Shown here piece by piece: positions 36,376 to 45,499 of a DNA stretch of 64,000 bases. The position numbers and the translations under genes are program-made. Below the pieces are notes generated by a model. That model saw nothing but the letters and a program-made list of their open reading frames with translations. It did not search any database and was not told the DNA's origin. Source of the DNA: Gemmatimonadaceae bacterium (GTDB lineage: Bacteria > Gemmatimonadota > Gemmatimonadetes > Gemmatimonadales > Gemmatimonadaceae); NCBI GenBank assembly GCA_036393195.1, contig DASVWN010000024.1, positions 6,880-70,879 on the forward strand. Direction: 5' to 3'. Numbering within the stretch: the stretch's first letter is position 1; every line of letters begins with the position of its first letter.

Positions 36376-37738
36376 TGCTGATGATCTCCTCGAGAAGTTG
36401 GCGCACGCGCGGATCGTTGCGCTGGCCGAGCCAGAAGATGGCCTTCTTGCGCAGCTCCGTGTCAGGATCGTGCCGGGCAATGTCCACGAGCTTGTCCGTG
36501 GCTTCGGGCTCGCTGCGCTGTGACAGCACGAAGATGACCTGCTCCCTGAGCTCGCGATCCTTGAGGCTCGCGTACATGGATGACACCTGGGCGATGGACA
36601 CGCCGCTCTGGCCCGCCCAGAAGAGTGCCTTCTTGCGCACCTCCACGCTCTGCTGGGGGTCGGCCGTGAGCTTGAGCAGCCATTGCTGGTTCTCGGCGCG
36701 ATCGCTGCCGCCCTGCGAGAGCGCCTGGATGACCTGCTCCTTGAGGCGCTCGCTCTTGAGCGTCGGGAAGAGCTCGCGCAGGTAGGCCATGTCGGCTGAC
36801 CGGCCCCGGAAGTTCCCAAGCGCGAAGATGGCGCGCGCCTTGATGTCCTCCGATTCCCCGGGCCTGGTGACGAGATCTCGGAGGATCTGGCCAGCCTGCG
36901 TCCCCTCATGCTGCGAAAGCGCGAAGATCGCTTTTTCCTGCAGGTCCTCATCCGTCGTGGCACGGAGGATGGAATCGAGCAGCGCCACGGAACGGTCTCC
37001 CGGTACCTGGCCAAGCCAGAAGACCGCCTGCTGCCGCACGTCGGCCGACGGATCTGTCCGCGCGACGTCGAGCAGGATGTTGGCGCTTTCGTCACCCCGC
37101 TGCTGCGCCACGATGAACACTGCCTTGCGGCGCAGCGACTCGGAGCAGGCGTCGCGACGCGCGAGCACCTTCCTGAGCACGGGGAGGGCCTGCTCCGCGT
37201 TCATCTGCATGAGCGCGTTGAGCGCCGCAGTGCGAATGTCGTCTTCTTCAGGTGGACATCCGCTCACGGCGGAGTCCGCGGTGCGGCGAATGTCGGCCGC
37301 GTATTGCGAGTCGCCGCGCTTCGCGAGCTCGCCGTGAATGCGGGTTTCCAGTGCGGCCGCATCGCCGTGTGTAGCGGCGGAAGGGAAGCGTTCTTTCTGG
37401 GCAGCGAGACTCTCCAGCGCGGTATGGAGATCATCCGTGCCACCGCGGCGGTAGAGCGCGAAGGCCTGCCAGTAGAGCGCGTCACCGGCGTAGGCCGACG
37501 TGGGGTAGCGTTGCGCGATGCGATTGAACAGTTCTGCCGCGCGCCGGTAGTCGCCGTCGTTCAGCGCCTTGCGCGCGGTGCGGTAGAGCGAGTCCGCCGT
37601 ATCGGCCGGGAATGCAGCAGGCGGCGGTTCGGTGCGAAACCCCTCCGCGCTGGCGGGGACCGCGTGATACCCGATCCGTGGCGAGCCACCCACGCTGGTG
37701 GCGGCGAGCAGGGCAAGGACAGCGGTCAGTCTCATCAT
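36362..37738 (-). CDS. exported TPR-like plus HEAT-repeat protein (paralogue 1)
   Basis: 458 aa. GAGGAGA before ATGATG. Signal MMRLTAVLALLAATSVGG. TPR-like YRTARKALNDGDYRRAAELFNRIAQRYPTSAYAGDALYWQAFALYR. Eight FWLGQ / FALSQ-type repeats. Confidence 0.75.
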   Translation of the reverse strand: MMRLTAVLALLAATSVGGSPRIGYHAVPASAEGFRTEPPPAAFPADTADSLYRTARKALNDGDYRRAAELFNRIAQRYPTSAYAGDALYWQAFALYRRGGTDDLHTALESLAAQKERFPSAATHGDAAALETRIHGELAKRGDSQYAADIRRTADSAVSGCPPEEDDIRTAALNALMQMNAEQALPVLRKVLARRDACSESLRRKAVFIVAQQRGDESANILLDVARTDPSADVRQQAVFWLGQVPGDRSVALLDSILRATTDEDLQEKAIFALSQHEGTQAGQILRDLVTRPGESEDIKARAIFALGNFRGRSADMAYLRELFPTLKSERLKEQVIQALSQGGSDRAENQQWLLKLTADPQQSVEVRKKALFWAGQSGVSIAQVSSMYASLKDRELREQVIFVLSQRSEPEATDKLVDIARHDPDTELRKKAIFWLGQRNDPRVRQLLEEIISNDSL

Positions 37739-37750
37739 GGAGCGTTCTCC

Positions 37751-38515
37751 TCAGGTGCCGGACGAGCGCGCCGCGCCCGAGCCTGCCGGGGTGGCGCTGC
37801 GAATGCGGGACATCACGTCGCGAGTGCGCAGCGACTGGTCGATCAGATTGAGTTCATCGCGCACCATGCCCGGCGCGCTGTGTTGCTCGGCGCGAAGCTG
37901 CGTGATCTGGGTGAGCACGAGCTCCAGATCGCCGAGCAGATTGTGGAGCCGCGGATCGCTGGCGCCGGGCGAGTCGAGCAGGAGCCGGGTGGTGCCGAGC
38001 AGGTCTCCGGCCCACGCCGTGACCTGCGGGTCCACCGTGCCGCGTTCTGATTCAGCGCGGAAGGACGTGAGCAGCGCCTCCGCGCGGCCCAGGTGCTCCA
38101 CGGTGAATGCGGCGTACGCGGCGCGTGAGTCCGGCGCCGGGGATCTGAGCTGCGGCGATACGCCGCGCGGGGTTGACGAGGTGAGCGCGTCGGCTGCCGG
38201 CTGTCGCTGCTGCTCAGGTTCCCGCTGTTGCTGCTGTTCCTGCCGCTGTTGCGCGACACGCTGCGGTTCGACGCGCTGCCTGAGCTCGTATCCAATGCCG
38301 ACGCCCAGCACGAGTGCGGCGGCGAGAGCGGCGCCGGCCGCCCAGATGAGCCGCCGGTGCGTGATCGCCTGCACGGATCCGGCGCGCCGCGCGCGCAGTT
38401 CAGCGTCCACGCGCGTCCACATCTCCTCGCGCGGCACGTTTGCCGGCGGCGCATTGTACGCGCGCGCCTCGCGCTGCAGGAATTGCTCGAACTGGTCGTC
38501 CGTCATGCCGTCCAT
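37751..38515 (-). CDS. putative anti-sigma factor (single-pass membrane protein)
   Basis: Overlaps the sigma gene by 13 nt. Short cytoplasmic N-terminus, TM helix LIWAAGAALAAALVLGVGIGY, Gln/Glu-rich linker, about 130-aa C-terminal extracytoplasmic domain. No zf-HC2 motif. Assignment by position only. Confidence 0.55.
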   Translation of the reverse strand: MDGMTDDQFEQFLQREARAYNAPPANVPREEMWTRVDAELRARRAGSVQAITHRRLIWAAGAALAAALVLGVGIGYELRQRVEPQRVAQQRQEQQQQREPEQQRQPAADALTSSTPRGVSPQLRSPAPDSRAAYAAFTVEHLGRAEALLTSFRAESERGTVDPQVTAWAGDLLGTTRLLLDSPGASDPRLHNLLGDLELVLTQITQLRAEQHSAPGMVRDELNLIDQSLRTRDVMSRIRSATPAGSGAARSSGT

Positions 38516-39045
38516 TCTCCCGCGTAGTCCGCCAGCGCGACGCGCAGCCTGGCGCGCGCCCGCGACAGTTGCGCCTTCGACGTGCCGGGTTGGAGCCCGA
38601 GCGCGCTCGCGATTTCCTCGTGTGTGAATCCTTCCACGTCGTGCATCACGAACACCGTGCGATATCCCGGTGACAGGGCATCGATTGCTTCCTTGAGCCG
38701 CTGTTTCAGATCGGGCTCGGCGCGACGGCCGGGAATTCCCTGGTCGCGCGCGTCATCCAGATCTGTTTCCCGTGCGTGCAACAGCTTCACCTTGCGCAAT
38801 CCGTTGAGCGACACCGACACGGCAATGGCGTGAAGCCACGTGGCGAATGTGGAGTCGCCGCGGAAGTCCTGCAGCCGGCCGAATGCGCGGATGAACGTGT
38901 CCTGCGTGAAGTCCTGCGCGAGATCGTCCGTTCCGGCGAGCCGGTAGGTGAGCCGATACACGCGGTCGACGTGCGCATCGTAGAGCGCGCGTTCGGCCGC
39001 CGGGTCACCCGCTTTGGCTCGTGTCAGGAGTTCGAATTCGTCCAC
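38503..39045 (-). CDS. ECF-type RNA polymerase sigma-70 factor
   Basis: 180 aa. Region 2 (DAHVDRVYRLTYRLAGTDDLAQDFTQDTFIRAF) and region 4 (LSPGYRTVFVMHDVEGFTHEEIASALGLQPGTSKAQLSRAR). Confidence 0.9.
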   Translation of the reverse strand: MDEFELLTRAKAGDPAAERALYDAHVDRVYRLTYRLAGTDDLAQDFTQDTFIRAFGRLQDFRGDSTFATWLHAIAVSVSLNGLRKVKLLHARETDLDDARDQGIPGRRAEPDLKQRLKEAIDALSPGYRTVFVMHDVEGFTHEEIASALGLQPGTSKAQLSRARARLRVALADYAGEWTA

Positions 39046-39158
39046 CGGACCTCATTGCGCCGGGCGTGCGATCTGGTCGTTCGTGAGACAGAAGAAGGCC
39101 GGAAACGGTTGCGTGCCCGTCGCCGGCCCTCTTCCCCGGTCTTCCACGACACTCGATG

Positions 39159-41234
39159 TCAGTCACCCGTGCCCGGAGCGCGCTGCGCACTCGTGGCGGT
39201 CGCCGCGCTTGCCGGCCACACGTTGTCCTTCAGATCACGGTCGGGAAAGCGACCCTCCGGATCGAGCGTGATCTTCGTGATCTTGCGTGATCCGAAATCC
39301 AGCGTCGCGGTGAACGTGCGGCTGTCCCGGAACCAGACATCGACGGGATACGTCACGATGGCCGTCACGCTGTCCTGCATGACGCTGTTCTTCATGGGCC
39401 GGATCTTCGCCCTGCCGGGCGCGAACTCCACGGCGAGTACCACCGGCGACGGCATCTCGCCATCCTGCCGCACGACCACGGTGGTGCGTGAACCGTGCGT
39501 ACTCACCGATTGAATCGATCCATCCACCGCCTCGGTGGTGAAGAGCCAGTAGTACCAGAACCAGCCGAGGTCGCGGTGCAGGGCGTGATCCATGAAGAAG
39601 GCATAGTCCCAGGGTGACGGGTGCTTGAACCGCCACGCCTTCGCGTACTCGCTCATCGCGCGCCACACCGCGGTGTCGCCCACGATACCGCCCAGCATGG
39701 ACAGCATGAGCGGCGCCTTGCCGTAGGCCTGGAAGGAATACATGGGACCCCCATAGTTCGCATCCCACATGAGGGGTGCCTCGCGCTCGTTGCCGCTCGT
39801 GCGGCCGTAGCGCTCGCCGAGTCCGTCGAGCTTTGGCGGCTCGTGCTGCCGGTCGGCCGCCGAGAGGATGTTCATGTACTGGTTGAATCCTTCATCCATG
39901 AAGCCGTACCACGTCTCGTTGGTGCCGACCATCATGGGCCACCATTGATGCCCGATCTCATGGTCCGCGGCGCGCGCGCTGGACATGATGAAGGAGGGAT
40001 ACTCCATCCCGAGCTCCGGGCCATCGACAATGGTGAGTCCCGGAAACGTGTAGGGCATCCAGAGCTTCGAGTAGAACTCGAGCGCATGGCGCGCGATTGC
40101 GCCGGCTTCGGCATAGGCCTGGGCATGACCCGGGAGATACATGATGTTGACGGGAATGCTCCCCCTGCCCGGAATCGGGGCGAGCGTAGCATCCCAGACG
40201 TACTGATTGGACGTGCCCCACGCGAAGTCGCCGGCGGTGTCAGCCGTGAAATGCCAGACCAGGCGGCTGCCCGGCGTGCCCAGCGTGGACTTGCCGGGCC
40301 CGCGATCGTCGGGGCCGGCAATGGTCTGCTGCGTGTCCGATGCCGTGAGGTGGGCCAGACGCTCGCGCTCCGTGGCCGTCAGCACCTCCTGCGGATTCTG
40401 CAGCACACCCGTGGCGCCGACGATCCAGCCGGCGGGCATGTCGAGGTGCACATCGAAGTGGCCGAAGTTGTTGTAGAACTCGGACGGGCCGAGGTATGGG
40501 TCGGTGTCCCAGCCGCCCTGGCGCAGGTCGTCGAAGACGGCGACGCGCGGATACCACTGGCCCACCTGATACAGCGTGTCGGCCCAGCGCCCCATGCGAA
40601 TGCCGCGCGTGGGCGCCACGACCTTCGGAACGCGGAAGTGCCACTCGGCGCCGATGGTGGCGGTGCCATGCGCGGGCACCGGCGTGGGGAGCTCGATGCG
40701 CGCGGCGGTCAGATCGAGGCCGCGAGCGAGCAGCGTGGTTGGAGGCGGCGGTCCTCCATTGCCCGTGCGCAATCGTCGCACCGGCGGCGGTGGGTTGAGA
40801 TCCACGTTCGCGCCGTTGACGGTGAGTTTCGTGACCTGCATGCCATCGGTGATGTCCGTGACGACTTCCGCGCGGGGCACATTGGCGGAAAACAGATTCT
40901 GATCGAGGCGCAGCACGATGGAGTGCATCGTGGAGTCGCTGTTGTTGTGGATTACGGCGGTCTCCGTGCCGCTGATGGATTCGGTGGCGGAGTCGAAGCG
41001 CGCATTGATGGTGTAATCCATCCAGAGCTGCCAGTAGTGCGGCCCCGGGCGTCCCGAGGAATCGCGCGTGCCGGCAGCGAAGGCGCGCCGGATCATGTCG
41101 GTCATGGGGATGTCGCGGCGCACGGCGCGCTGGGGAAGGGGAGTGGACGCGGTGGCGCGCTGCGCGATGGCGGCGCGATTCATCACCATCAGCGCCGCGA
41201 CCAGCGCGAGCGCGACATGCACCTTGCGAATCAT
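39159..41234 (-). CDS. M1-family zinc metallopeptidase (aminopeptidase N-like), secreted
   Basis: ATG at 41234 preceded by AGGAG. Signal MIRKVHVALALVAALMVMNRAAIAQ. GMEYP exopeptidase-like motif. HEIGHQWW-X18-E zinc site. Confidence 0.85.
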   Translation of the reverse strand: MIRKVHVALALVAALMVMNRAAIAQRATASTPLPQRAVRRDIPMTDMIRRAFAAGTRDSSGRPGPHYWQLWMDYTINARFDSATESISGTETAVIHNNSDSTMHSIVLRLDQNLFSANVPRAEVVTDITDGMQVTKLTVNGANVDLNPPPPVRRLRTGNGGPPPPTTLLARGLDLTAARIELPTPVPAHGTATIGAEWHFRVPKVVAPTRGIRMGRWADTLYQVGQWYPRVAVFDDLRQGGWDTDPYLGPSEFYNNFGHFDVHLDMPAGWIVGATGVLQNPQEVLTATERERLAHLTASDTQQTIAGPDDRGPGKSTLGTPGSRLVWHFTADTAGDFAWGTSNQYVWDATLAPIPGRGSIPVNIMYLPGHAQAYAEAGAIARHALEFYSKLWMPYTFPGLTIVDGPELGMEYPSFIMSSARAADHEIGHQWWPMMVGTNETWYGFMDEGFNQYMNILSAADRQHEPPKLDGLGERYGRTSGNEREAPLMWDANYGGPMYSFQAYGKAPLMLSMLGGIVGDTAVWRAMSEYAKAWRFKHPSPWDYAFFMDHALHRDLGWFWYYWLFTTEAVDGSIQSVSTHGSRTTVVVRQDGEMPSPVVLAVEFAPGRAKIRPMKNSVMQDSVTAIVTYPVDVWFRDSRTFTATLDFGSRKITKITLDPEGRFPDRDLKDNVWPASAATATSAQRAPGTGD

Positions 41235-41359
41235 CCTTCGAGCTCCTGAATTGGAAGAGGCCGCCAGAGCGCGGCGAATGCATTTTGCGTGGAACGATAG
41301 TGTGAACGGACGCCGGGTGTCAGCCCGGCTGCTACAATACGTGGAGCGAACAGCGGAGG

Positions 41360-42865
41360 ATGCGGGCCGTGTCACAGAGACCGAGTACAGTGTCGTCCGA
41401 GCTGCCGGAGTCCTTCCAGACGCACGTCCCGGCTCGCCTCGACCGCCTGCCGTGGTCCGGCTTTCACTGGCTGGTCCTCATCGCGCTCGGTATCACGTGG
41501 ATCCTCGACGGCCTCGAGGTCACGCTGAGTGGCGCGGTGAGCGGTGTGCTGCAGGACCCCGCGGTGATGAACTTCAGCCCGACCGAAATCGGCGCCATCG
41601 CTTCGACGTACCTCACCGGCGCGGTACTCGGATCGCTGCTGTTCGGGTATCTCACGGACCGCTTCGGGCGCAAGAAGATGTTCTTCCTCACCCTGAGCGT
41701 ATATCTGCTCGGCACGCTGCTCACCGCATTTTCGTGGGACGCGGTTAGCTTCGCGCTCTTCCGATTCATTACCGGAGCGGGCATCGGCGGCGAATACGCG
41801 GCGATCAACTCCGCGATCGATGAACTGATCCCGGCAACCTACCGTGGCCGGGCCGAGCTGATCGTGAACGGAAGCTATTGGATCGGTGCCGCAGTGGGAT
41901 CGGCAGCCACGCTGATCATTCTGGACCCCGCCATTCTGCCGCCTGCACTGGGATGGCGCGTGGGATTCGGCGTGGGCGCAGCGCTCGGCCTGCTCATTCT
42001 CCTCCTGCGTCGTCACATTCCCGAGAGCCCGCGCTGGCTCATGACACACGGCGCGCAGCGCGAGTCGGACCGGATCATGAGTGCCATCGAAGCTCGCGTC
42101 GAACGGAGCACCGGCATCGTGCTGATGCCGTGTACGGAGAATCCGCTCACGATTCATCCGCGGCGGAGCTTCGGCTTCGGTCTTATCGCGCGCGTGATGT
42201 TCCACCACTATCGCCAGCGCTCGATTCTCTGCCTGGCGCTCATCACGTCACAGGCGTTTCTCTACAACGCGGTGTTCTTCACTTACGCGCTGATTCTCAC
42301 GCGGTTCTACCATGTTCCCGGCGCGCGCACCGGCATTTACCTGCTGCCGTTCGCGCTCGGGAATTTCCTGGGTCCGCTCACGCTGGGACATCTCTTCGAT
42401 ACAGTCGGCCGCAAGCAGATGATCGCGGCGACCTACATCATTTCGGCCGCGCTGCTGGTGCTCACCGGCTGGCTGTTCGCGCGCGGGGTGCTTTCGGCGA
42501 CGAGTCAGACGGTGCTCTGGACGATCATCTTCTTCTTTGCGTCGTGCGCGGCGAGCTCGGCGTATCTTACGGTGAGCGAGATCTTTCCGCTCGAGATTCG
42601 CGCACTGGCCATCGCGTTCTTCTATTCGCTGGGCACGGCCATTGGCGGCATTGCCGCGCCGCTGCTGTTCGGGCATCTGATCGGGTCGGGATCGTCCGAG
42701 CAGTTGTTCTACGGCTATGTGCTCGCGGCGGTCCTGATGTTCGGTGCCGCATGGGTGGAGCTGGTGTACGGCGTGAAGGCCGAGCGGGCGGGACTGGAGA
42801 GTCTGGCCGCGCCCTTGTCATCCGAGGTGTGGATGGCCGCAGAGCAGAGACGGGAGGCGCGGTGA
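41360..42865 (+). CDS. MFS transporter (sugar-porter/metabolite:H+ symporter-like)
   Basis: 501 aa, 12 predicted helices. DRFGRKKMF loop motif. The GTG at 41369 is an alternative start, better spaced from GGAGG. Confidence 0.85.
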   Translation: MRAVSQRPSTVSSELPESFQTHVPARLDRLPWSGFHWLVLIALGITWILDGLEVTLSGAVSGVLQDPAVMNFSPTEIGAIASTYLTGAVLGSLLFGYLTDRFGRKKMFFLTLSVYLLGTLLTAFSWDAVSFALFRFITGAGIGGEYAAINSAIDELIPATYRGRAELIVNGSYWIGAAVGSAATLIILDPAILPPALGWRVGFGVGAALGLLILLLRRHIPESPRWLMTHGAQRESDRIMSAIEARVERSTGIVLMPCTENPLTIHPRRSFGFGLIARVMFHHYRQRSILCLALITSQAFLYNAVFFTYALILTRFYHVPGARTGIYLLPFALGNFLGPLTLGHLFDTVGRKQMIAATYIISAALLVLTGWLFARGVLSATSQTVLWTIIFFFASCAASSAYLTVSEIFPLEIRALAIAFFYSLGTAIGGIAAPLLFGHLIGSGSSEQLFYGYVLAAVLMFGAAWVELVYGVKAERAGLESLAAPLSSEVWMAAEQRREAR

Positions 42866-43644
42866 CGCGCGGAACTCGCTCCCGGGCGGCGGACTCCGTG
42901 AGCTCTCTCGATACTCCAGGCGCGGTCCGGGCGCCACTCAGAAAGACCATCGTCTCCTGGTCGAGCGGCAAGGACAGCGCATGGCTGGTGCACGTGCTCC
43001 GCGCCATGCCGGATGTCGAGATCGGTGCGCTGCTCACGACCATCAACAGTGACGCCCAGCGGGTTGCCATGCACGCCGTGCGTCTCGAGCTGTTGCGGGC
43101 GCAGGCTGACACGCTCGCGCTGCCGCTCTGGCTGATCCCGATTCCGTCGCCCTGTCCGAATGAGGTGTACGAGGCCGCCATGGACACGGCGATGCGCCGC
43201 GCCGTCGCGGAAGGCTTCACGCACGTGGCGTTCGGCGATCTCTTCCTGGAGGACATTCGCGGCTATCGTGAAGCGCGCCTCGCCGGCACAGGCCTCACAC
43301 CGCTCTTTCCACTGTTCGGCGCGGATACTGCTGCGCTCGCGCGCGAGATGATCGCCAGCGGGTTGCGCGCGCGCCTTACCTGCATTGATCCGAGGGCGCT
43401 GGACCGGTCGTTCGCGGGCCGCGAGTTCGACGCCGAACTGCTTCGCGATCTGCCTGCCGGAACGGATCCCTGCGGCGAGAATGGGGAATTTCATTCCTTC
43501 GCGTATGCCGGGCCGATGTTCGCGCGACCGATTCCGGTTGTCGCCGGGGAGATCGTGGAGCGCGACAACTTCGTGTTCGTGGATGTGCGCATGGGGAACG
43601 ACGGCGTCGGGCGGAACGGCGGCGACGCCGGAAGAGCGCAGTGA
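42862..43644 (+). CDS. adenine-nucleotide alpha-hydrolase, DUF71/Dph6-related ATP pyrophosphatase
   Basis: The GTG at 42862 overlaps the MFS stop (GTGA) and is preceded by GGGAGG. PP-loop-like SWSSGKDS. Conserved FGDLFLEDIRGYRE and CGENGEFHSF. Confidence 0.7.
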   Translation: MTRGTRSRAADSVSSLDTPGAVRAPLRKTIVSWSSGKDSAWLVHVLRAMPDVEIGALLTTINSDAQRVAMHAVRLELLRAQADTLALPLWLIPIPSPCPNEVYEAAMDTAMRRAVAEGFTHVAFGDLFLEDIRGYREARLAGTGLTPLFPLFGADTAALAREMIASGLRARLTCIDPRALDRSFAGREFDAELLRDLPAGTDPCGENGEFHSFAYAGPMFARPIPVVAGEIVERDNFVFVDVRMGNDGVGRNGGDAGRAQ

Positions 43645-43745
43645 CCGGCGACGCGAAGTGCGCGTGGGTCATGGCAGCGCGGCCTGGGCACCGCCGCAGC
43701 ATCATCCTCGCCGGACAGATGCGGAGAAGAACCTGATGAACCGTC

Positions 43746-44339
43746 GTGAATTCGGCACGTGGATCGGCGCGCGCTTCGTATCAACCGTATCTGTTCAATC
43801 ATGCGATGCGGACGTTCCTGTTCGGCTCGCTCATCGGCAAGGCGATGAAGCTCACGTGGGACGAGGAGCTCGTGTTCCTCTTCGCGATCATGCACGATCT
43901 CGGGCTCACCGAGCAGCACATGGGACCATTGCCTCTCGAGCTGTCCGGCGCACAGGCTGCGCGCGCATTTCTGCACGAGCATGGCGTGTCCAGCGAGAGA
44001 GCGAATCTCGTCTGGGATGGCATTGCGCTGCATCCCACCATGGTGGCCGAGTTCAAGCAACCCGAGATCGCACTGATTGCCGCCGGCGCGGCGGCGGATG
44101 TGACGGGATCTGGACTCGACGCCGTGTCGGCCGACGCCCGCGCCGCGGTTCTGCACCATGCGCCGCGCCTGGGATTCAAGCGCGCGTTCGTACGATCCTG
44201 TGCGGATGTCGTGCGACGCTACCCGCGCGCGGCGAGCCGCAGCTTCATGCGCGACATCGGCGAACGCTATGTTCCGGGATTCAGTGAGACGACCATCTGC
44301 GACGTCATCGAGCACGCGTCCTTCGCGGAAGGGTCGTGA
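43746..44339 (+). CDS. HD-domain protein (metal-dependent phosphohydrolase fold)
   Basis: 197 aa. YLFNHAMRTFLFG ... FAIMHDLGL pattern typical of this HD subfamily. GTG start is uncertain. Confidence 0.65.
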   Translation: MNSARGSARASYQPYLFNHAMRTFLFGSLIGKAMKLTWDEELVFLFAIMHDLGLTEQHMGPLPLELSGAQAARAFLHEHGVSSERANLVWDGIALHPTMVAEFKQPEIALIAAGAAADVTGSGLDAVSADARAAVLHHAPRLGFKRAFVRSCADVVRRYPRAASRSFMRDIGERYVPGFSETTICDVIEHASFAEGS

Positions 44340-44773
44340 TGAAGCTCGGATTGGGGCCCGGGGGTGAAACGCGCGGCGCGCAGATCGTAGTCCTTGTAGT
44401 CGGCGCGACAATGCTTGGCCTCGCGGTCTTCGTTTACGCGCTAATGGCGCCGATCCTGCTGGGGAGCGAGCGAAAAGCACTCGCGGTGGTTGTGCTGGGG
44501 ATACTTCTTGGCGCGATTGACGTCGCCCTTGCGCGCGAACCAGGTGCGCGTGGGGGACTACGACCAAGTGGCTTGCTCGCGCGGCTTGTGCTCGGCATAA
44601 CGATCGGCGCGCTGGGGGGCCTCGTATGGGGCATGGTGGCGGGCATCCCGTCCCTGGCCGGCGCAACATTGAATGGAGTGCTGATGGTGCTGTGGCTGAT
44701 GTTCCTCAGCGCGGGACTGCGAACTCTCAAACGGTTCCGCGCGTCTCGTCAGCCGGCAGATCCACCTGCATGA
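44336..44773 (+). CDS. hypothetical membrane protein
   Basis: 145 aa. Start overlaps the HD stop (GTGATG). Four hydrophobic helices. No family recognised. Confidence 0.5.
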   Translation: MMKLGLGPGGETRGAQIVVLVVGATMLGLAVFVYALMAPILLGSERKALAVVVLGILLGAIDVALAREPGARGGLRPSGLLARLVLGITIGALGGLVWGMVAGIPSLAGATLNGVLMVLWLMFLSAGLRTLKRFRASRQPADPPA

Positions 44774-45366
44774 CTACCCTCATTCGTCTTGCCGATCCGG
44801 CGGACGGCGCCGCGCTCGCCGCCATCTACCGGCCGGCCGTCATGGATTCCGCGATTTCGTTCGAGCTCGAGCCGCCAAATGCCGACGAGATGCGGCGGCG
44901 CGTTACGCAGATCATGCCGCGCACGCCGTGGCTGGTGTGCGAGCGCGACGGCGCGGTAGTCGGCTACGCCTACGCGAGCCGCCATCGGGAGCGTCCGGCC
45001 TATCAGTGGTCGGTGGACGTCTCGGCGTACGTCAGTCGCGACGCCCACAGGCTCGGGGTGGGACGAGCGCTGTACACATCCCTGTTCGCGATACTCATCG
45101 TGCAGGGGTTCCGCAACGCATACGCCGGCATCACGCTGCCCAACGCGGCGAGCGTCGGCCTCCACACCAGCATGGGTTTCACGCCCGTGGGTGTCTATCG
45201 TCATGTCGGGTACAAGCATGGCGCGTGGCATGATGTCGCCTGGTTCGAGCGGCCGCTCGCTGCGCACACCGCCAATCCGGAGCCGCCACTGGCGCTCAGC
45301 GATTGCATTGGCGACGCGGGATTCGAAGCAGCCATCCGTTCCGGATTGCCGCACGTTCGCCCCTAG
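44770..45366 (+). CDS. GNAT acetyltransferase, phosphinothricin/methionine-sulfoximine N-acetyltransferase-like
   Basis: The ATG at 44770 overlaps the previous stop (ATGA). IRLADPADGAALAAIYRPAVMDSAISFELEPP, VVGYAYAS, GVGRALYTSL, GFTPVGVYRHVGYKHGAWHDVAWF. Confidence 0.8.
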   Translation: MTTLIRLADPADGAALAAIYRPAVMDSAISFELEPPNADEMRRRVTQIMPRTPWLVCERDGAVVGYAYASRHRERPAYQWSVDVSAYVSRDAHRLGVGRALYTSLFAILIVQGFRNAYAGITLPNAASVGLHTSMGFTPVGVYRHVGYKHGAWHDVAWFERPLAAHTANPEPPLALSDCIGDAGFEAAIRSGLPHVRP

Positions 45367-45384
45367 GGAAGCTCTGAAGAATGG
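45367..45384. repeat. IS5 terminal inverted repeat (transposase-distal end)
   Basis: GGAAGCTCTGAAGAATGG. Pairs with the reverse complement of 46555-46572. Confidence 0.7.
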
Positions 45385-45499
45385 ATCATGACGCGCCTGG
45401 CATCGCGCTGCGTGTGGTGCGCGGCATTGGCGGTGAGTGTTTCCTGTCGGTTTTCCCCAGGCATCGCCGTCGTCGGGGCGGTGGCCGGTGCCGTTGTCG

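Noticed and set aside
39046-39158. Search for an ECF-type autoregulated promoter (GGAAC-N16/17-CGT-like) upstream of the sigma gene.
   Set aside because: Only weak candidates were found (GAAC ... CGCAAT with about 19-nt spacing). I cannot support a promoter call from the sequence alone.
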